From the NCBI RefSeq assembly GCF_006345805.1, contig NC_042998.1, positions 186,124,001 to 186,188,000 of the forward strand: DNA of 64,000 nucleotides, in the 5' to 3' direction. A program made the position numbers and the translations under genes. Positions 39,591 through 53,421 of this stretch are shown one piece after another. The notes under the pieces are model-generated. The model had not been told where the DNA came from. It saw only the letters and a program-made list of their open reading frames with translations, and ran no database searches. The first letter of the stretch is position 1; every line of letters begins with the position of its first letter. Origin of the DNA: Octopus sinensis (lineage: Eukaryota).

Positions 39591-39944
39591 GTGATCTTTT
39601 CAGCTGACCCTGCAACCTTTTCAGCTGATCCTTGTATCATGTTCGTTTCCAACAAAGGGTCCTCTCTGAAATATCTGGATTATTTTCTCTGCATGACAAA
39701 CTCACTTTGTTTTTTAGTTCTTTTTAGAAAGCTTCATTGACCTCAGAAGAAAGCTTATTTTTCTTGGCCGAGTATGCCTGACGAGTTATGCCTCATGATT
39801 GAATGGTTACACCTCATGACTAAATTAAATGAAATGGCTTTCAACTATGAAAATTGTGATTCATTCAATATGCAAATATCTCTCTTTATTAAATATCAAC
39901 CCATTTGTACTGATACAAAGAACTTGATATGAAATAATATGTAT

Positions 39945-40165
39945 TAGGGGTTGCTGAGAAGTTCCTGGCTTTAAGAGTATTGTGAAAGGCCTGGTTTGGT
40001 TAGAGGCCCAACCTTCCAACTACTTTTACAGGGCTTGGAAAAAAAATGAAGGACCACTGCAATAGGTATGTGAATCTGAGAGGGGAATATGTTGAATAAA
40101 ATCATAATTAACTGATCCTCCTGTATTTTCTTTTACCCAAGCCAAGAACTTTTCAGAGCCCCCTC
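39945..40165. mobile_element. Mariner-derived MITE, same family as 4575-4791, opposite orientation
   Basis: Reverse-complement homology throughout. Confidence 0.8.
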
Positions 40166-41114
40166 ATACTTCATTGTTTGTTAACACGGAAGATATTTTT
40201 TACATAGTAGTATTCCATATATGTTTCTTTTTGTTCTATTTTTTATAATTGCATCTAAGCTAAGTATTTAGTGCTCGAAGATCAATTCTGCTGGGTTTTA
40301 CTTTTACCTTAATCCCACTAGAACTAGATCAAATCTGATAAGATACCAGTACTTATTTTTACCTCAACAGATGTACAAATAGCATCCTGGCTCTACTATC
40401 AATGCTAATTCAGTTCACTAGATACTTTTCACTACAAAAGATAAAGATAAAATAAATAAAAATAAGATAGAAATGAAATTGGCTAAATTTCCAATAAAAA
40501 GGAACTAATAATTCCCCTTTTTTTGGAAAGGATTCACCTAAAGCAAGAACCAATAAAATTAGAAGTCAGTTTTCAAACACTATGTGAAATTTATTCTTTA
40601 CACACAGCTTTAAACAATAGTATTTTGTTATTGATGTTGTTCTGTTCCGGGTCAGCGCTGATTGAGCAGACCAATGATAAAAAACATTCCAGCCTTGACC
40701 ATCCCACCTTTTTTTGTATATCTAGAACTACATTATTGAATGTGGCCTTTTTTTTTTTAAGACAGAACCGTGTAATTTGATGGAGATTTGGATGCAACAT
40801 ATAGCAGATTGAGTGACCATATAGAGTTTTCCCTTTCTCTTTTTACTCTCAGTAGTAGAAAGAGTAGTAGTTGTTGGAGGATAGTGATATCTGTGTTACA
40901 AGCTTTTATCAACAGGACTTGTTGCTGTTATACAATTTATCCTTACTGCTGCTACTGATGTTGTTGGTGTGTTTATTATTAATACCATATGTTAAGTCTG
41001 ACAAGGAACAAAATACCAATATTTTTTTCTTATCAATTGAAAATAATATTAAATTACATTTTTGTATTTCTTCCTTCTTTTCTTCTTCAATTTTGTATAT
41101 TTGTCCTTAACTTT

Positions 41115-41119
<5 letters not shown>

Positions 41120-41199
<80 letters not shown>
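41120..41199. repeat. (TTA)n followed by a poly-T run of about 40 nt
   Basis: Directly visible. Confidence 0.9.
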
Positions 41200-41202
<3 letters not shown>

Positions 41203-42015
41203 CTATTAGCTATTTCACAGAAATAGTTTCAGAAACATTAAACCAGAGTTTGTAGCTCTTGTTTGATGATTTTTTATAATAGAATTTTTTCTTTTTACAA
41301 TTTGTGTTACTGGTGTTGCAAGATGTACTAGAAATCCTTATTGTTGTACTTTGAATGAAACAAAACTGGTGGGTGGGTGGGTATAGACTGACAGAAGATA
41401 AAGTGAAACAGATCATATTCGTTGGCCTGATGATTATGGTTTAAATATTTTTATTCACTCTCACACTTACCTTTGAGTACTTTATTCTTAATAGCTGAAC
41501 ACACATTGTATCTGGAGGTGTAGATATGGCAGGCTGGAGTTTTGTCACAGATTTAGTGTGCATCACCAGTCTCCAAGAAGTCTTCAATGAAAAAGTGTGG
41601 TGTAAGAGAGCCTATTTCAGGTTTCATGGCATTAAATTGCGAAGACATCTCCTGTTCTGTATAGTAGCTAGTATGTTGCAAGCCAGTACAACAATGATCT
41701 GCTATGCAATGCTCATATTACCAGCATGGGTTATATGAGATGCCATATGGCATTAGTAGTATTTACATGTCACTAGATGGCTTGAACAAGGGAAGACAAT
41801 TTTTCACTGGTCGTACAATGCATTACAATTGATGAAATATGAACTATTTACTTTTTGATTGACTGTCAGATAACCTGGTAATTCTCAAAAGATTAATTAA
41901 CAGGGATATTCTTCCTACAACCAAGGATCCAATATAATTTCTATCAAGTCATATCACTTGGTATCAGCAGCATCAGTAGATTATTTGATTGCGGAAATAA
42001 TTAAACTCTGTAGTC

Positions 42016-42234
42016 CAGTGCTTTTCAAACTTTTTGCTGAAGCAGAACCCCAAGGAAACATTCCACTGGCTCGAGGAACCCCTGTGCAATAATTTAATAG
42101 TCCTATGCACACATATCTGCACAGGAGAATTAAAAATTACTGCCGATTTTAGCAGTTTTGTAACTTCTTGCGGAACCCCTGGACTGTACTGGCGGAACCC
42201 TAAGGTTCCACGGAACCCTGGTTGAAAACCACTG
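42016..42234. mobile_element. hAT (Charlie-like) MITE
   Basis: TIRs cagtgcttttcaaac / gttgaaaaccactg; 8 bp TSD ctgtagtc/ctgtagac. Confidence 0.88.
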
Positions 42235-42275
42235 CTGTAGACAAAGGACTCAAGTCTAGTAGCAGCAACAGAAAC

Positions 42276-42630
42276 ATCATCATCGTTTAACGTCCGTTTT
42301 CCATGCTAGCATGGGTTGGATGGTTCGACCGGGGTCTGGGAAGCCAAGAGGCTGCACCAAGCCCAAGTTTGATCCAGCAGTGTTTCTACAGCTGGATGCC
42401 CTTCCTAACGCCAACCACTCCATGAGTGTAGTGGGTGTTTTTTACATGCCACAGGCACAGGCCAGAGGAGGCTGGCAAACGGCCACGATTGGTTGGTGGT
42501 TTTTACATGTCAGTGGCACAGATGCCACTCAGGCGGCGCTGGCATCAGCCACAATTGGATGGTGCTTTTTACGTGTCACTGGCACGGGTATCTTAACTAC
42601 AATTTCCATTTGATTTTTATTTTGATGTTG
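42276..42630 (-). mobile_element. RTE LINE 3' end, about 150 bp upstream of ITPR exon B
   Basis: Same UTR motifs, ending acaactacaatttccatttgat. Confidence 0.85.
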
Positions 42631-42785
42631 GTGTTGCAATAGAAATGCTAACAATATGAAGAATTTTGCTATGCTTCAATCAACAAAATGATCAGCTTAA
42701 ATTATTGGAGATTAATTGATATATTTGTGTGCTTAGTTACTAAGTTGTATATATTTCATAATGACACTATTTTCATTTATTACAG

Positions 42786-42872
42786 CATGCTGCTGAGTTT
42801 GAGAAGAAACAGAATGAAGCAGAAAACAAAAAATTATGGGGTGAAGTGATACAGTATGGTAATGTGATTCAG
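42786..42872 (+). CDS. ITPR: IP3 receptor exon B (87 nt): [29 protein letters not shown]
   Basis: Matches ITPR1 [29 protein letters not shown]. Acceptor ttcatttattacag|CAT, donor CAG|gtagga. In frame with exon A. Confidence 0.97.
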
Positions 42873-44269
42873 GTAGGATTTTCATTCAGTTTTTCCTTTT
42901 TTATTCTCCTTTGAAAATTAAACAACATAAATGTCATGACAACTTGATATGACTAATTGCATCATAGATTCAAGATGCTTTACAATTGTCTCAAGCCTAA
43001 GGTGTCTCTCCTTTACCTTCAGTTGTCTTTAGTGAAGATCACTTGGTTGTATATGCTTGGCCAAGTATTCAGTCTTTTGATATGCTACTTCCTAATCTGC
43101 ACCATTTCCAGATGGAACTATGGATTGTTAGAAGAAAGCAGAACTATTTGAGCATTAGACACAATGTCTTTCAGTGTTCTGGCTCAGCTATGTTCTGAGT
43201 TTGAGTCCTGCTGAGGTCAGTTTTGCCTCTCAATCTTCTAGAGTCAGTAAAATAAAGTATGAATAAAAGTATCAGCTTCCATATCTTCATGGTTTAGTTG
43301 GGTCAAGAGGATGTTTGCTTGACACTACACAGTCATCTAAAACAGGGGTGAAAGCATAGTGCATGCTGCTACTAAGTCGTACTTGACTGTAAGTGACAGC
43401 TGAGTTATTTTCAAAATAATACTATCAGTGAAGAAATGGAAACAAATTTAATTGATGCTGTCATCATCATCGTTTTAGTGTCCACTTTCTATGTTTGCAT
43501 GGGTCAGATGCAACTTGAGGTAGATTTTCCACAGTCGGATACTCTTCCTGTTGCCAACCTTCACTTGTTTCCAAGCAAAATAATATTTTCATATGGCCAG
43601 ACATGTATTTCACAGAAAAAGGATTTACATCCACTATGTGATATTGAGACATGGGTGCACACACACACACACACACACACTCGCCCCAAATCCACTCATA
43701 TGCTTTGGTTGGCTCAGGCCTATAGTAGAAGTCATTTATCCAAGGTGCTGTATAGTGGGACTGAACTTGAGACTACATAGTTTGGAAGCAACCTTCTTAA
43801 CCATACAGCTTTGCCAGCACCTAGTTTAATTTATAACAGCCTTACTTATGCAAGCAGAGGAAAAAAATGGATATAAAAAGAGCAAATGAAAAATGAAATA
43901 TTTATATTTTATTATATATATATGTATGCATGTGTGTATGTTTGTATGTATGCATGTATTCTGCATACCCATGTTTGTGTGTTTCTGTGTGTGTGTGTGT
44001 ATGTGTATTTGTGTGTGTGCCTCTGTTTCCTTGTGTGTGCATGTTTGAGTGTGTCTATGTGTATGGGTTTGTGTGACTATGTATGTGTGTTTGTTATATA
44101 TGGATGTATGTCTCCATATGTGTCCTTGGGTGTGTGAAGTGTGTGTGCGTATATGGTCATGTGTTTCAGTCTTCATTTGTGTGTATGTGTTTATTACTTA
44201 TATAACTATCTATGTTTACTTAGATATCCATTTACTTACATGCACACACACACACATATATATACATAT

Positions 44270-44480
44270 ATCATCATCATCATCATCATTATCATCGCTT
44301 AACGTCCGCTTCCCATGCTAGCATGGGTTGGACAGTTCAACTGGGGTCTGTGAAGCCAGAAGGCTGCACCAGGCCAATCAGATCTGGCAGTGTTTCTACA
44401 GCTGGATGCCCTTCCTAATGCCAACCACTCTGTGGGTGTAGTGGGTGCTTTTTACGTGCCACCGGCACAGGTGCCAGACT
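44270..44480 (-). mobile_element. RTE LINE 3' end
   Basis: Same UTR motifs. Confidence 0.85.
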
Positions 44481-44525
44481 TCCCTGTGTATATATAAACT
44501 GTGGGTATTGGGGTGTGACTACCTT

Positions 44526-44795
44526 CTATGTATATTTCCTATTTAGTACTGGGGATGTTTCATTTATGAGGACATACTCCTGTATTTGTCTGAATGCTGG
44601 GTCCTTTGGGTCCTTGGATAAAATGCAGATGTCACGTTGACCCAGTGTGTCTACGTGTTGGTCTTTGGCATGTTGGTAGAGTATGCAGAAATTTTTTTTG
44701 TCATCATATTGTCTCAAATGTTTGTTTAGTCTCTCCACAATGATTCTAGATGTCTCACCTATGTATATCATGTTCTTGCCTTCACAAGCCTCTGG
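44526..44795 (-). mobile_element. Penelope-like element GIY-YIG endonuclease fragment
   Basis: CEGKNMIYIGETSRIIVERLNKH..ILYQHAKDQH..FRQIQEYVLINETSPVLNRK fits the YIGETxR..H..H...RxxxE..I...PxLN pattern. Confidence 0.75.
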
Positions 44796-45319
44796 TGAAT
44801 GTGTTAAATAATAAGGCACTAAAAGAGAATGACTCTCCTCAGACAATAAAAAATTCATTTTGTTTATTATACTGCAGAATTTCTATGCCTTTGGCTGCCC
44901 AGAGGAACATGCCTACCAGTGACTGTTTCCAATGTATACAATCTTTTGTCAGTTACTCATACTGGACTGAAAATTATTAAAGTGTCAAATAAAACACCAT
45001 GCAGTAAATGCACCCTGTATTTTGAGTTCAAATTCTGCTATAGTCAACTTTTTTCATTTTTTCCAGAGTTGATAAATAAAATACCAGATCAGGGCAAGTA
45101 GATGATAGAATTTTTAGTGTTGGACAAGATGCCTTGTGGTGTTTATTTCTTTGTGTTCTGAGTTCAAATTCTGCCTAAGGATTCAAGCCACCTAATCTTG
45201 GGAACCACGTTTAATTATAAAAGCTGAAATGAGTGGCAGAAGATTGTTGAATTTATTGTAGTCGAGTGATGGTGATTTCTACATAACAGTCACAATATGG
45301 TTGTAGTTTGCATGATGTG

Positions 45320-45535
45320 TTCATCATCATCATCATCATCATCATCGTTTAACGTCCGCTTTCCATGCTAGCATGGGTTGGACGGTTCAACTGGGGTCTG
45401 GGAAGCCCGAAGGCTGCACCAGGCCAGTCAGATCTGGCAGTGTTTTTACAGCTGGATGCCCTTCCTAACGCCAACCACTCCGTGAGTGTAGTGGGTACTT
45501 TTTATGTGCCACCGACACAGGTGCCAGACGAGGCT
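45320..45535 (-). mobile_element. RTE LINE 3' end
   Basis: Same UTR motifs. Confidence 0.85.
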
Positions 45536-46867
45536 AGAATTAGTAATTGTATCTATATCAAAGCATAATTCTTCAGAACCACATATAACAGATCCACACT
45601 TCTTGCTTTCCTTTGTTGATGTCTAGTGGATATTGCTGGAAGGCAGAGGGAACAATAGCAATAGATTGAAATTTCTGGAAGAAGAAGAGATAAAATATTT
45701 GGTTGCAGAAGATATTTTGGAAAGCTGAGATATCATCTCGTAGTTAGCCAAGTGAAAGCTAGTGAAAATCTATAATATGTTTGCCAGTTGTATCAGTTTC
45801 TGTTCATGTAATTTATTAAGCCCTTTAGTGCTTCAAGCAAAGTTCACTCTGCTGCAAGCATTTCTTTTCAGTCCAAATTTTTCTCCCTTGATTAATTTAT
45901 CAAAACAGTGTGGTAATGTAGCAACCACAGGATCTTCCAGTCTGCATAGGATAAGTCTGGGCAAGCTCCTGCTATTTAATAATATTATAATAAAGTCAAT
46001 GTGGACTGAGGCTTTCTTTTGGAAAAGATGGATCATTTACATTCTGGGCTACAATTTCCTTCAGGAATCTGCAAACTGGAACACAGAAGAGATCTCTGAT
46101 GGACTTGTAATTTTAAGTGAACAAATGCAATTTCTACTGAAGTAAGTATGGTAGAAAACATTAAGGTATCCTGACTATTGGCTATTTGGTAGAGAAGAAC
46201 TGATGGTGTGGAAATGCAGTCTAGTGGTAGTATTAGGGACACTGGAACCCTTCATTCACTGTTGCTTTCTCCTTGGCAGCCAAATACTTGGAAAGTCTAT
46301 AATGTAATAGGTGATATTGATTTTGGTTTATATGACAATAATGTGACAATACATACAGTTGTTAGAATGTACACGTGTGTGTGTGTGTGTGTGTGCATGC
46401 GTGAAACAGACTACAAAAGCAAAATAGAGACATTGAAATGTTTCTTTAGCATTTCATATTCATGAGTTCTTATGATTGAATAGTGATGAATAATCTGAAA
46501 GTTTATGATGGAATACATGATGAAAATTATGGCATGTGTGGCATGTGCTATGTGAGCCAACATGTACACATTTATTCAACACTTTATGACAACATTCAAA
46601 ATGAACAGACTATAAATTTGCTTCTGTTAATTATTCATTAATTATTTTGCATGTTTATTCCATTTTGTATTTTAATAAAATGTAAGCTGTGATTAAAAGT
46701 TAACAGAGTCGTAACTGAAAATTTTTTATTTAATCATTCTTTCCTTGGTTTATTTTTATGTGTTACGTAAATTATGTCTGAATGGAAAGTACAAAGCTGT
46801 GTTACTGTCATCAAACTAATCAACATGGTAAAATGATATATAACTGAATTATTGTATTTATTTATGC

Positions 46868-47166
46868 ACCCTTTTCAAGCTTAGCCAGGCTCATGGGCCT
46901 GGTTTCCCGGTTTCTATGGCATATGTGTTCCCCCCAGCTAGACGGGATGCCAGTCCATCGCAGCCTTACTCAAGAAACAGGAAGAAAGAGTGAGAGAAAG
47001 TTGGGGCAAAAGAGTACAACAGGGTTCGCCACCACTCCCTGCCGGAGCCTCATGGAACTTTAGGTGTTTTCGCTCAATAAACACACACAACACCCGGTCT
47101 GGGAATCGAAACCGTGATCCTCCGACCGCGAGTCCACTGCCCTAACCACTGAGCCATTGCGCCTCC
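46868..47166 (-). mobile_element. SINE family D
   Basis: Reverse complement of 8743-9045. Confidence 0.88.
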
Positions 47167-47934
47167 GCAGATAACTGAATACAATTTTTAAATTTCCTTT
47201 CTAGAGGATGTTTTTCCCCAATTCAGATATACAAAAGATTTCAAAATATATAATGCTTCTGTTACATTAGGATGATTTCATCCCAGGCAAAACCTGAAAC
47301 TACATCTGAGGATGAGGTTCCATGTTAGAAGTGCAAGGTTTTGGAAGAGTATACATTTACCCCTGAGCCACCACTACTCACAAATCTGCTCTGGCCCAGG
47401 GTGGTAGTGCCTATCAAGAGCCTTATTTATGGGTCAGGTTGCAGAAGATACCTGTATCACTAAAGCATACTGGAGTCAGATACGGGTTAGTCTCTAGACA
47501 TGTCAAATAAGTGTAGTGGCATGGAACATGCCCTGATGGCTTATGAATTATTCCCCTTGACTAAGGATTAAATAAGCCCTGTATTTCAAAGGTAAAGTTG
47601 GAAAAGCAGGAGACTAGCAAAGTAAGCTGTAAATAAACCAACAGAAGACAATGGGAACCACTGTTGTATCTTTTGCAAGAAAAATAATGAATTATCAGAT
47701 TCTAGCATGGAGATCTGTTATTGCTGTTATCTGTTTAAATGATGCATAAAGAAGAAAGAAGCTTGGAAGATTTATAAATTTTGTTAAAGTGAAAACAAAA
47801 ATAGTTAACTTATTCAAGGTAACTTCTATTTATAGATGTATGTGCATATATTTACTTTATTTACTTATAATAGAGCATATATGCTCTGCAAGATTCACTA
47901 TAATTAGCCTTAGCGAGGTATTTTACACCAAAAA

Positions 47935-48349
47935 GGCGGTGAGCTGGCAGAAACATTAGCACGCCAGGCGAAATGCATAGCCATATTTCGTCTGCTGTTA
48001 CGTTCTGAGTTCAAATTCCGCCGAGGTCGACTTTGCCTTTCATCCTTTCGGGGTAGATAAATTAAGTACCATTTACGCACTGATGTCGATATGGTCGACT
48101 TAATCCGTCTGTCTGTTCTTGTTAGTCTCCTCTCTGTTTAGCCCCTTGTGGGTAGTAAAGAAATAGGTATTTCATCTGCCTTAATGTTCTGAGTTCAAAT
48201 TCCACTGAGGCCAACTTTGCCTTTCATCCTTTCGGGGTTGATAAATTAAGTACCAGTTACACACTGGGGTCGATGTAATCGACTTAATCCGTTTGTCTGT
48301 TCTTGTTTGTCCTCTCTGTGTTTAGCCCCTTGTAGGTAGTAAAGAAATG
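47935..48349 (+). mobile_element. SINE family A dimer
   Basis: Perfect 18 bp TSD ggtattttacaccaaaaa at 47917-47934 and 48350-48367. Confidence 0.92.
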
Positions 48350-49452
48350 GGTATTTTACACCAAAAATTGGGGCAGTGGCACAAGTCTGTAGAATGAAAG
48401 AATAGTCCTCTGATAGATGCATTGTTAAAAGGTTTCTTCTTGATATTGTTCATGAGTTGTCTGTGTTTTGGTATTGACTGAAATCGCTTGTCATGCCTCT
48501 ACTGCAGGATGAGCGTCAGATGTTATGCATATCTTACTGGATATATTTTAGGCTGTAGTGGATGATACATGTATGAAAGATTGTTAGGGAGAGTGAAGGG
48601 TGTTATTATTTCCCCCAAAATTGGGGTAGGTATGTTATTTATGTAAAGCCTAATGCATGATCAAGCAAGAGAGACGTAGCTGAAGTCTGAACACACCAAA
48701 GTTGATAGAATGAAGGTCAATCACACACTGCTCATTGTCAAACACTGTTAAGGTCTGATATAACAGGAAACTTTTTTTTTATATCTTCAACCTTTGATGG
48801 TTACTGCATAACCATGCACATCAAGGGGTTCTACATCAGCTAACTATTAAACATTTTCCCTCTTATTGCTTTGTTTGGGTTGATGTAAGCTTCATATTAT
48901 CTGGATAAACAATGTCTATTATAAACATTGTATTTTCTTTTGCTTTTTACTGAATCTGATCTTTTATATCTATATCTTAATCTTCTCTCATCTTAACTCA
49001 TTGTTGAACTATATGAAAACTGAGTCTCAGGCTTATATTGAATTTCTTTTATTTCCCACTATTTTAAGAGCATTCTCTCTTAAATTTATTCTACATTTTA
49101 TATTACCCTTTTCCATAAATATCATCCAATAACTCATGAGTTCCTTTAATTCAAGTGCAAAATTAAAATGTATGATATTAAGTTTACATATTACACACTC
49201 TGTTTCATTCAATTACAAGGATTAAAATTTGCTTTGTATTCCAGTATTTAGATTGAGGTGAAACATTAATTTAATATGTCAAAAATCAATCTGGATTTCA
49301 AAACTGATTCTTGTTTGTTCTTAAAATTATGTGTCATTTCTATATTTTAAAAGAAGTTGATTTTTAATTTTAGCATATTGAAGTTGTATTCTATATTCGT
49401 ATCTAACATTTGAGATATTCAAATTTTGAATTTTTTTTTTTTTTTCTTTTAG

Positions 49453-49611
49453 CTTCTACATTTGAAGAGCAATAAATATCTTACTGTGAATAAACGGTTG
49501 CCTGCTTTGCTGGAGAAAAACGCCATGCGTGTGACTTTAGACAGTGCAGGAAATGAAGGATCTTGGTTCTACATTGTTGCTTACTATAAACTACGAACAC
49601 CTGGTGACAGT
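49453..49611 (+). CDS. ITPR: IP3 receptor exon C (159 nt): [53 protein letters not shown]
   Basis: Near-identical to ITPR1 [41 protein letters not shown]. Long poly-T tract plus ag acceptor, donor AGT|gtaagt. Confidence 0.98.
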
Positions 49612-49929
49612 GTAAGTCAAAGAGAATTTTAAACATTTAAAATATTTTCGGGAGCATTTTATAATTGCAAATAATATAGAAAGTTGCTTTGCAAGTCATA
49701 AATAATTCTTATTTTCAAAAACCTACCTTTTCATTCTCTCACGCTTGCTTTGATTGCACAGGTCTAAATATTCATACCTTTGCAAAATGACTAGAGTAGT
49801 GTTTTTATAGCTTCTCTGCATGTTGCTAGCAAAGCATTTTACTATAAAATGGTTTATTTTTTTATTCTTACTATATTGTTTTGAAACAAAGGTGTTTTTA
49901 TTTATAAAATATATAAACTATATGTCTAC

Positions 49930-50022
49930 AAGTATATATATCTGTGTGTGTGTATACACGTATATATATGTATGTATACATATATATAAACAAGTAAAAA
50001 GAGAGAGAATAATATATCTATA

Positions 50023-50064
<42 letters not shown>

Positions 50065-50645
50065 TATATATACATATTTATGTATATATATATACACATA
50101 TATATGTATATACATATATATATGTGTGTGGAGGCACAATGGCCTAGTGGTTATTGAGCGAAAACACCTAAAAGCTCCACGAGGCTCCGGCAGGAGGTGG
50201 TGATCCCTGCTGTACTCTTTCACCACTCTTTCTCCCACTCTTTCTTCTGTTGGCCTGCTTGCTTAGCCAGCGGGGTGGCATCATTCGAAGGCTAAAACAA
50301 TGCATTGTGACCAGCGATGTGTAACAACATCTGATGATCTGGTCGGTCACGTGATCACGTGATATATATATATATATGTATATATATATACATATTTATG
50401 TATATATATATACACATATATATGTGTATATATATATACACATATATATGTATATATATATATACACACATATGTATATACATATTTATGTAAATATATA
50501 TACATATTTATGTATATATATACACATATATATGTATATATATACATATATATGTGTGTGTGTATATATATATATATATGATTGTGTATATATATATGTC
50601 TGTATGTATATATATGTGTATGTATATACACGTACGTATGTATGC
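49930..50645. repeat. (TA)/(CA)-rich low-complexity tract with an embedded family-D-like SINE (50128-50362, internal deletion, different 3' body)
   Basis: Directly visible; head ggaggcacaatggcctagtggtta joined directly to ttgagcgaaaacacc. Confidence 0.85.
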
Positions 50646-52460
50646 CTAAGTATATCTCTGTCATCATGTCCAACACAAGCCATAGATGACAAAGACGATG
50701 GGATGATGGCCACATTTTATTAAAAGATTTGCTTAAAATTTGTTTTCATCAAAATCATTAAGCAAGATTCTTACTTCTTTCTGTTATGAAATTTCATTTA
50801 TACTGAGTGATCTTCTGCATCCCATATTCTGAAAGCTAACCATATTCCTCAGAATAATTTAGAGTGGGAGCTTAAATAGATTGTGAATGACTTTCAAACA
50901 GTTTTGACAAACTTAGCTATTACTTTCTGAGAACAAAGTACCCTAGCAAAAATCATTTGAAGCATTTCATCCACTAACAAAATGAGCATTCACTGCAAAA
51001 CTTATTAGTAATCTTTGGTAATTATTAACAACTTTTGGTAACATTTTAGTGTTGTTTATTTTATATTCATTACTATATTTTCTCTAATGTATTTTTAGAA
51101 ACATCTGAAATGCATTTGTAAAATATTCAAAAATGCAAGTTATATTGATTAACTGAAAAGCAAAACTTGAAGTTTGACCATTAATTATGTGAGGTACTTA
51201 ATATGCCTGGTTACTTTTAGACTATTTCATCATTAGAATTAAAGACCAGCCACATCCTAAATGAACTAACATAATTCATTAGATATTCAGTAAACACTTG
51301 ACAGATAATATGATTCTTAAATAAGCTTAGAAATATTTTAATCATAAATGTGATAATGTAAGTAATTGTTATTGGCTTTTGCAAATTACAATTGACTTTG
51401 GCAAAGACAGAGGAAGTTGCAAATAATGGTCACACATTAATGGTATTGACACAGAAGCTATCTGATGTTGATACATATTATCATGCTCACTCCCTTGCCC
51501 TACTTATATTAACGTTAATTGAATAAATAGTAGAATAAGGACAATATTATAATTGCAGATAGTTTTTAGTAATTGTATTAGTAAAATAGTTCTGGTGTTA
51601 TATTGTTTAATTGTTGTAGCATTCCGGACAGTAAGCAGAAACGTGTAGAACACATTTTGTGAGTGTGAGTGAGAGAGAGAGAGAGAGAGAGAAAGAAAGA
51701 CACACACACACACACACACACACAGACCAAACAATAAAAAAAAAAAGGAAATATTTGGTTTTGGTACCAATCACTCAAATAGATATACAACCTACTGTAA
51801 ATTTCACTTCTTTATAAGGAAAGGTATCTTTCTCGTAAGAAGTATGTTTTTTTTTGCAGCAAAGATCTGAAGTTTAGTTTTCTAGGAATTTAGCTTTCCA
51901 GTTTCTGATAGAATTTATGACTTTCAGCTGAAAGATCTTTACACCTCTTTCATTCTAAGATGTTTACCACAACATCTGGAATACAGGTTAAATCTTTAAA
52001 TATTCTTGAAATAACATTAAATGAAACCAAGATGTTTCATTTCTATCTTTGCTCTACAATATCTTCTATAGATATGTGGTTGTGGAAGTGTTTTATGAAT
52101 ATTCAATCTCTGATTTTAAAATCCTATTCATGGAAGAACAGAAGTGTTTGTCTGCTGCAATTAGTAATGGAATAGTAATAATCATATAAGTTTCATTCTG
52201 TTTATCATCTTCACATAAAAATGTTGGACTTCTAACGTTAAAACATGTAACCAATTTAAGTACTGTAACCTGTCTATAACCAAGATTTTCGCTATCAAAT
52301 GGCCCAGTCACTCAGCTGTGAATAGGCACTGCAGAGTAGAAACAAATCACTTCTGTAACTAACAGCAACATTGTCAAGTCAGTGAGTGAGCCTCTCTGTG
52401 ACCATTCAACTTGTTAGAATTAGCAGCCAAACCTCCCTCATATTGCACTCTATCAACATA

Positions 52461-52870
52461 GGCGTAGGAGTGGCTGTGTGGTAAGTAGCTTGCTTACGAA
52501 CCACATGGTCCTGGGTTCAGACCCATTGCGTGGCACCTTGGGCAAGTGTCTTCTACTATAGCCTCAGGCCGACCAGAGCCTTGTGAGTGGATTTGTAGAC
52601 GGAAACTGAAAGAAGCCCATCATATATATGTATATATAAATATATGTGTGTGTGTGTATGTTTGTGTGTCAGTGTTTGTCCCCCCAACATTGCTTGACAA
52701 CCAATGCTGACATGTTTAGATCCCTGCAACTTAGCAGTTCGGCAAAAGAGACTGATAGAATAAGTACTAGGCTTACAAAGAATAAATCCTGGGGTCAATT
52801 TGCTCGACTAAAGGTGGTGCTCCAGCATGACCACAATCACATGATTGAAACAGGTAAAAGAGTAAAGAGT
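52461..52870 (+). mobile_element. SINE family B
   Basis: Homologous to 18615-19010. Confidence 0.88.
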
Positions 52871-53144
52871 ATATTGAATTATGTCGTATACTGTGTATAA
52901 GGAGAAGTAAAGTCAGTCACTGCTGGGATGCTTTTGATCATAATTCAGCTTGATTTTGGTTGAGTTGAAATTAAGCAATAACAACAGCAGCAGCACAATA
53001 TCTACAAACACCGACACCACACAATGAACTAATGTGAGCAGAAATAGTTGTGAATGTTTATCAAATCACACAAATCTAGCATATTAAAAAGGAAAACAAT
53101 GAAAAGTCACGTTGAATCAGTGAATAATGTAGACTCACGTAATT

Positions 53145-53421
53145 TCATCATCATCATCATCATCATCATCGTTTAATGTCCATTTTTCCATGCTAGCATG
53201 GGTTGGACGATTTGACTGAGGTCTGGCGAACCAGATGGCTGCACCAGACTCCAATCTGATCTGGCAGAGCTTCTACAGGTGGATGCCCTTCCTAACGCCA
53301 ACCACTCCAAGAGTGTAGCGGGTGCTTTTATGTGCCAACGGCACGAGGGCCAGTTAGGTGGTACTGGCAATGGCCACGCTCAAATGGTGCTTTTTATGTG
53401 CAGGTGGCACATAAAAAGCAC
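53145..53421 (-). mobile_element. RTE LINE 3' end with a short inversion at its 5' junction
   Basis: UTR motifs; 15 bp hairpin at 53387-53421. Confidence 0.82.

Noticed and set aside
46065-46141. Possible 77 nt cassette (poison) exon ttccttcag|GAATCT..CTGAA|gtaagt between exons B and C
   Set aside because: It would frameshift, has no homology support, and such splice-like pairs are expected by chance in 64 kb; it needs junction reads.
50347-50723. Long ORFs rich in HT/YI/CV/II repeats in the ORF track (also 3916-4244, 43826-44321, 55247-55505, 62371-62999)
   Set aside because: Translations of microsatellites and repeat UTRs, with no domain signal.
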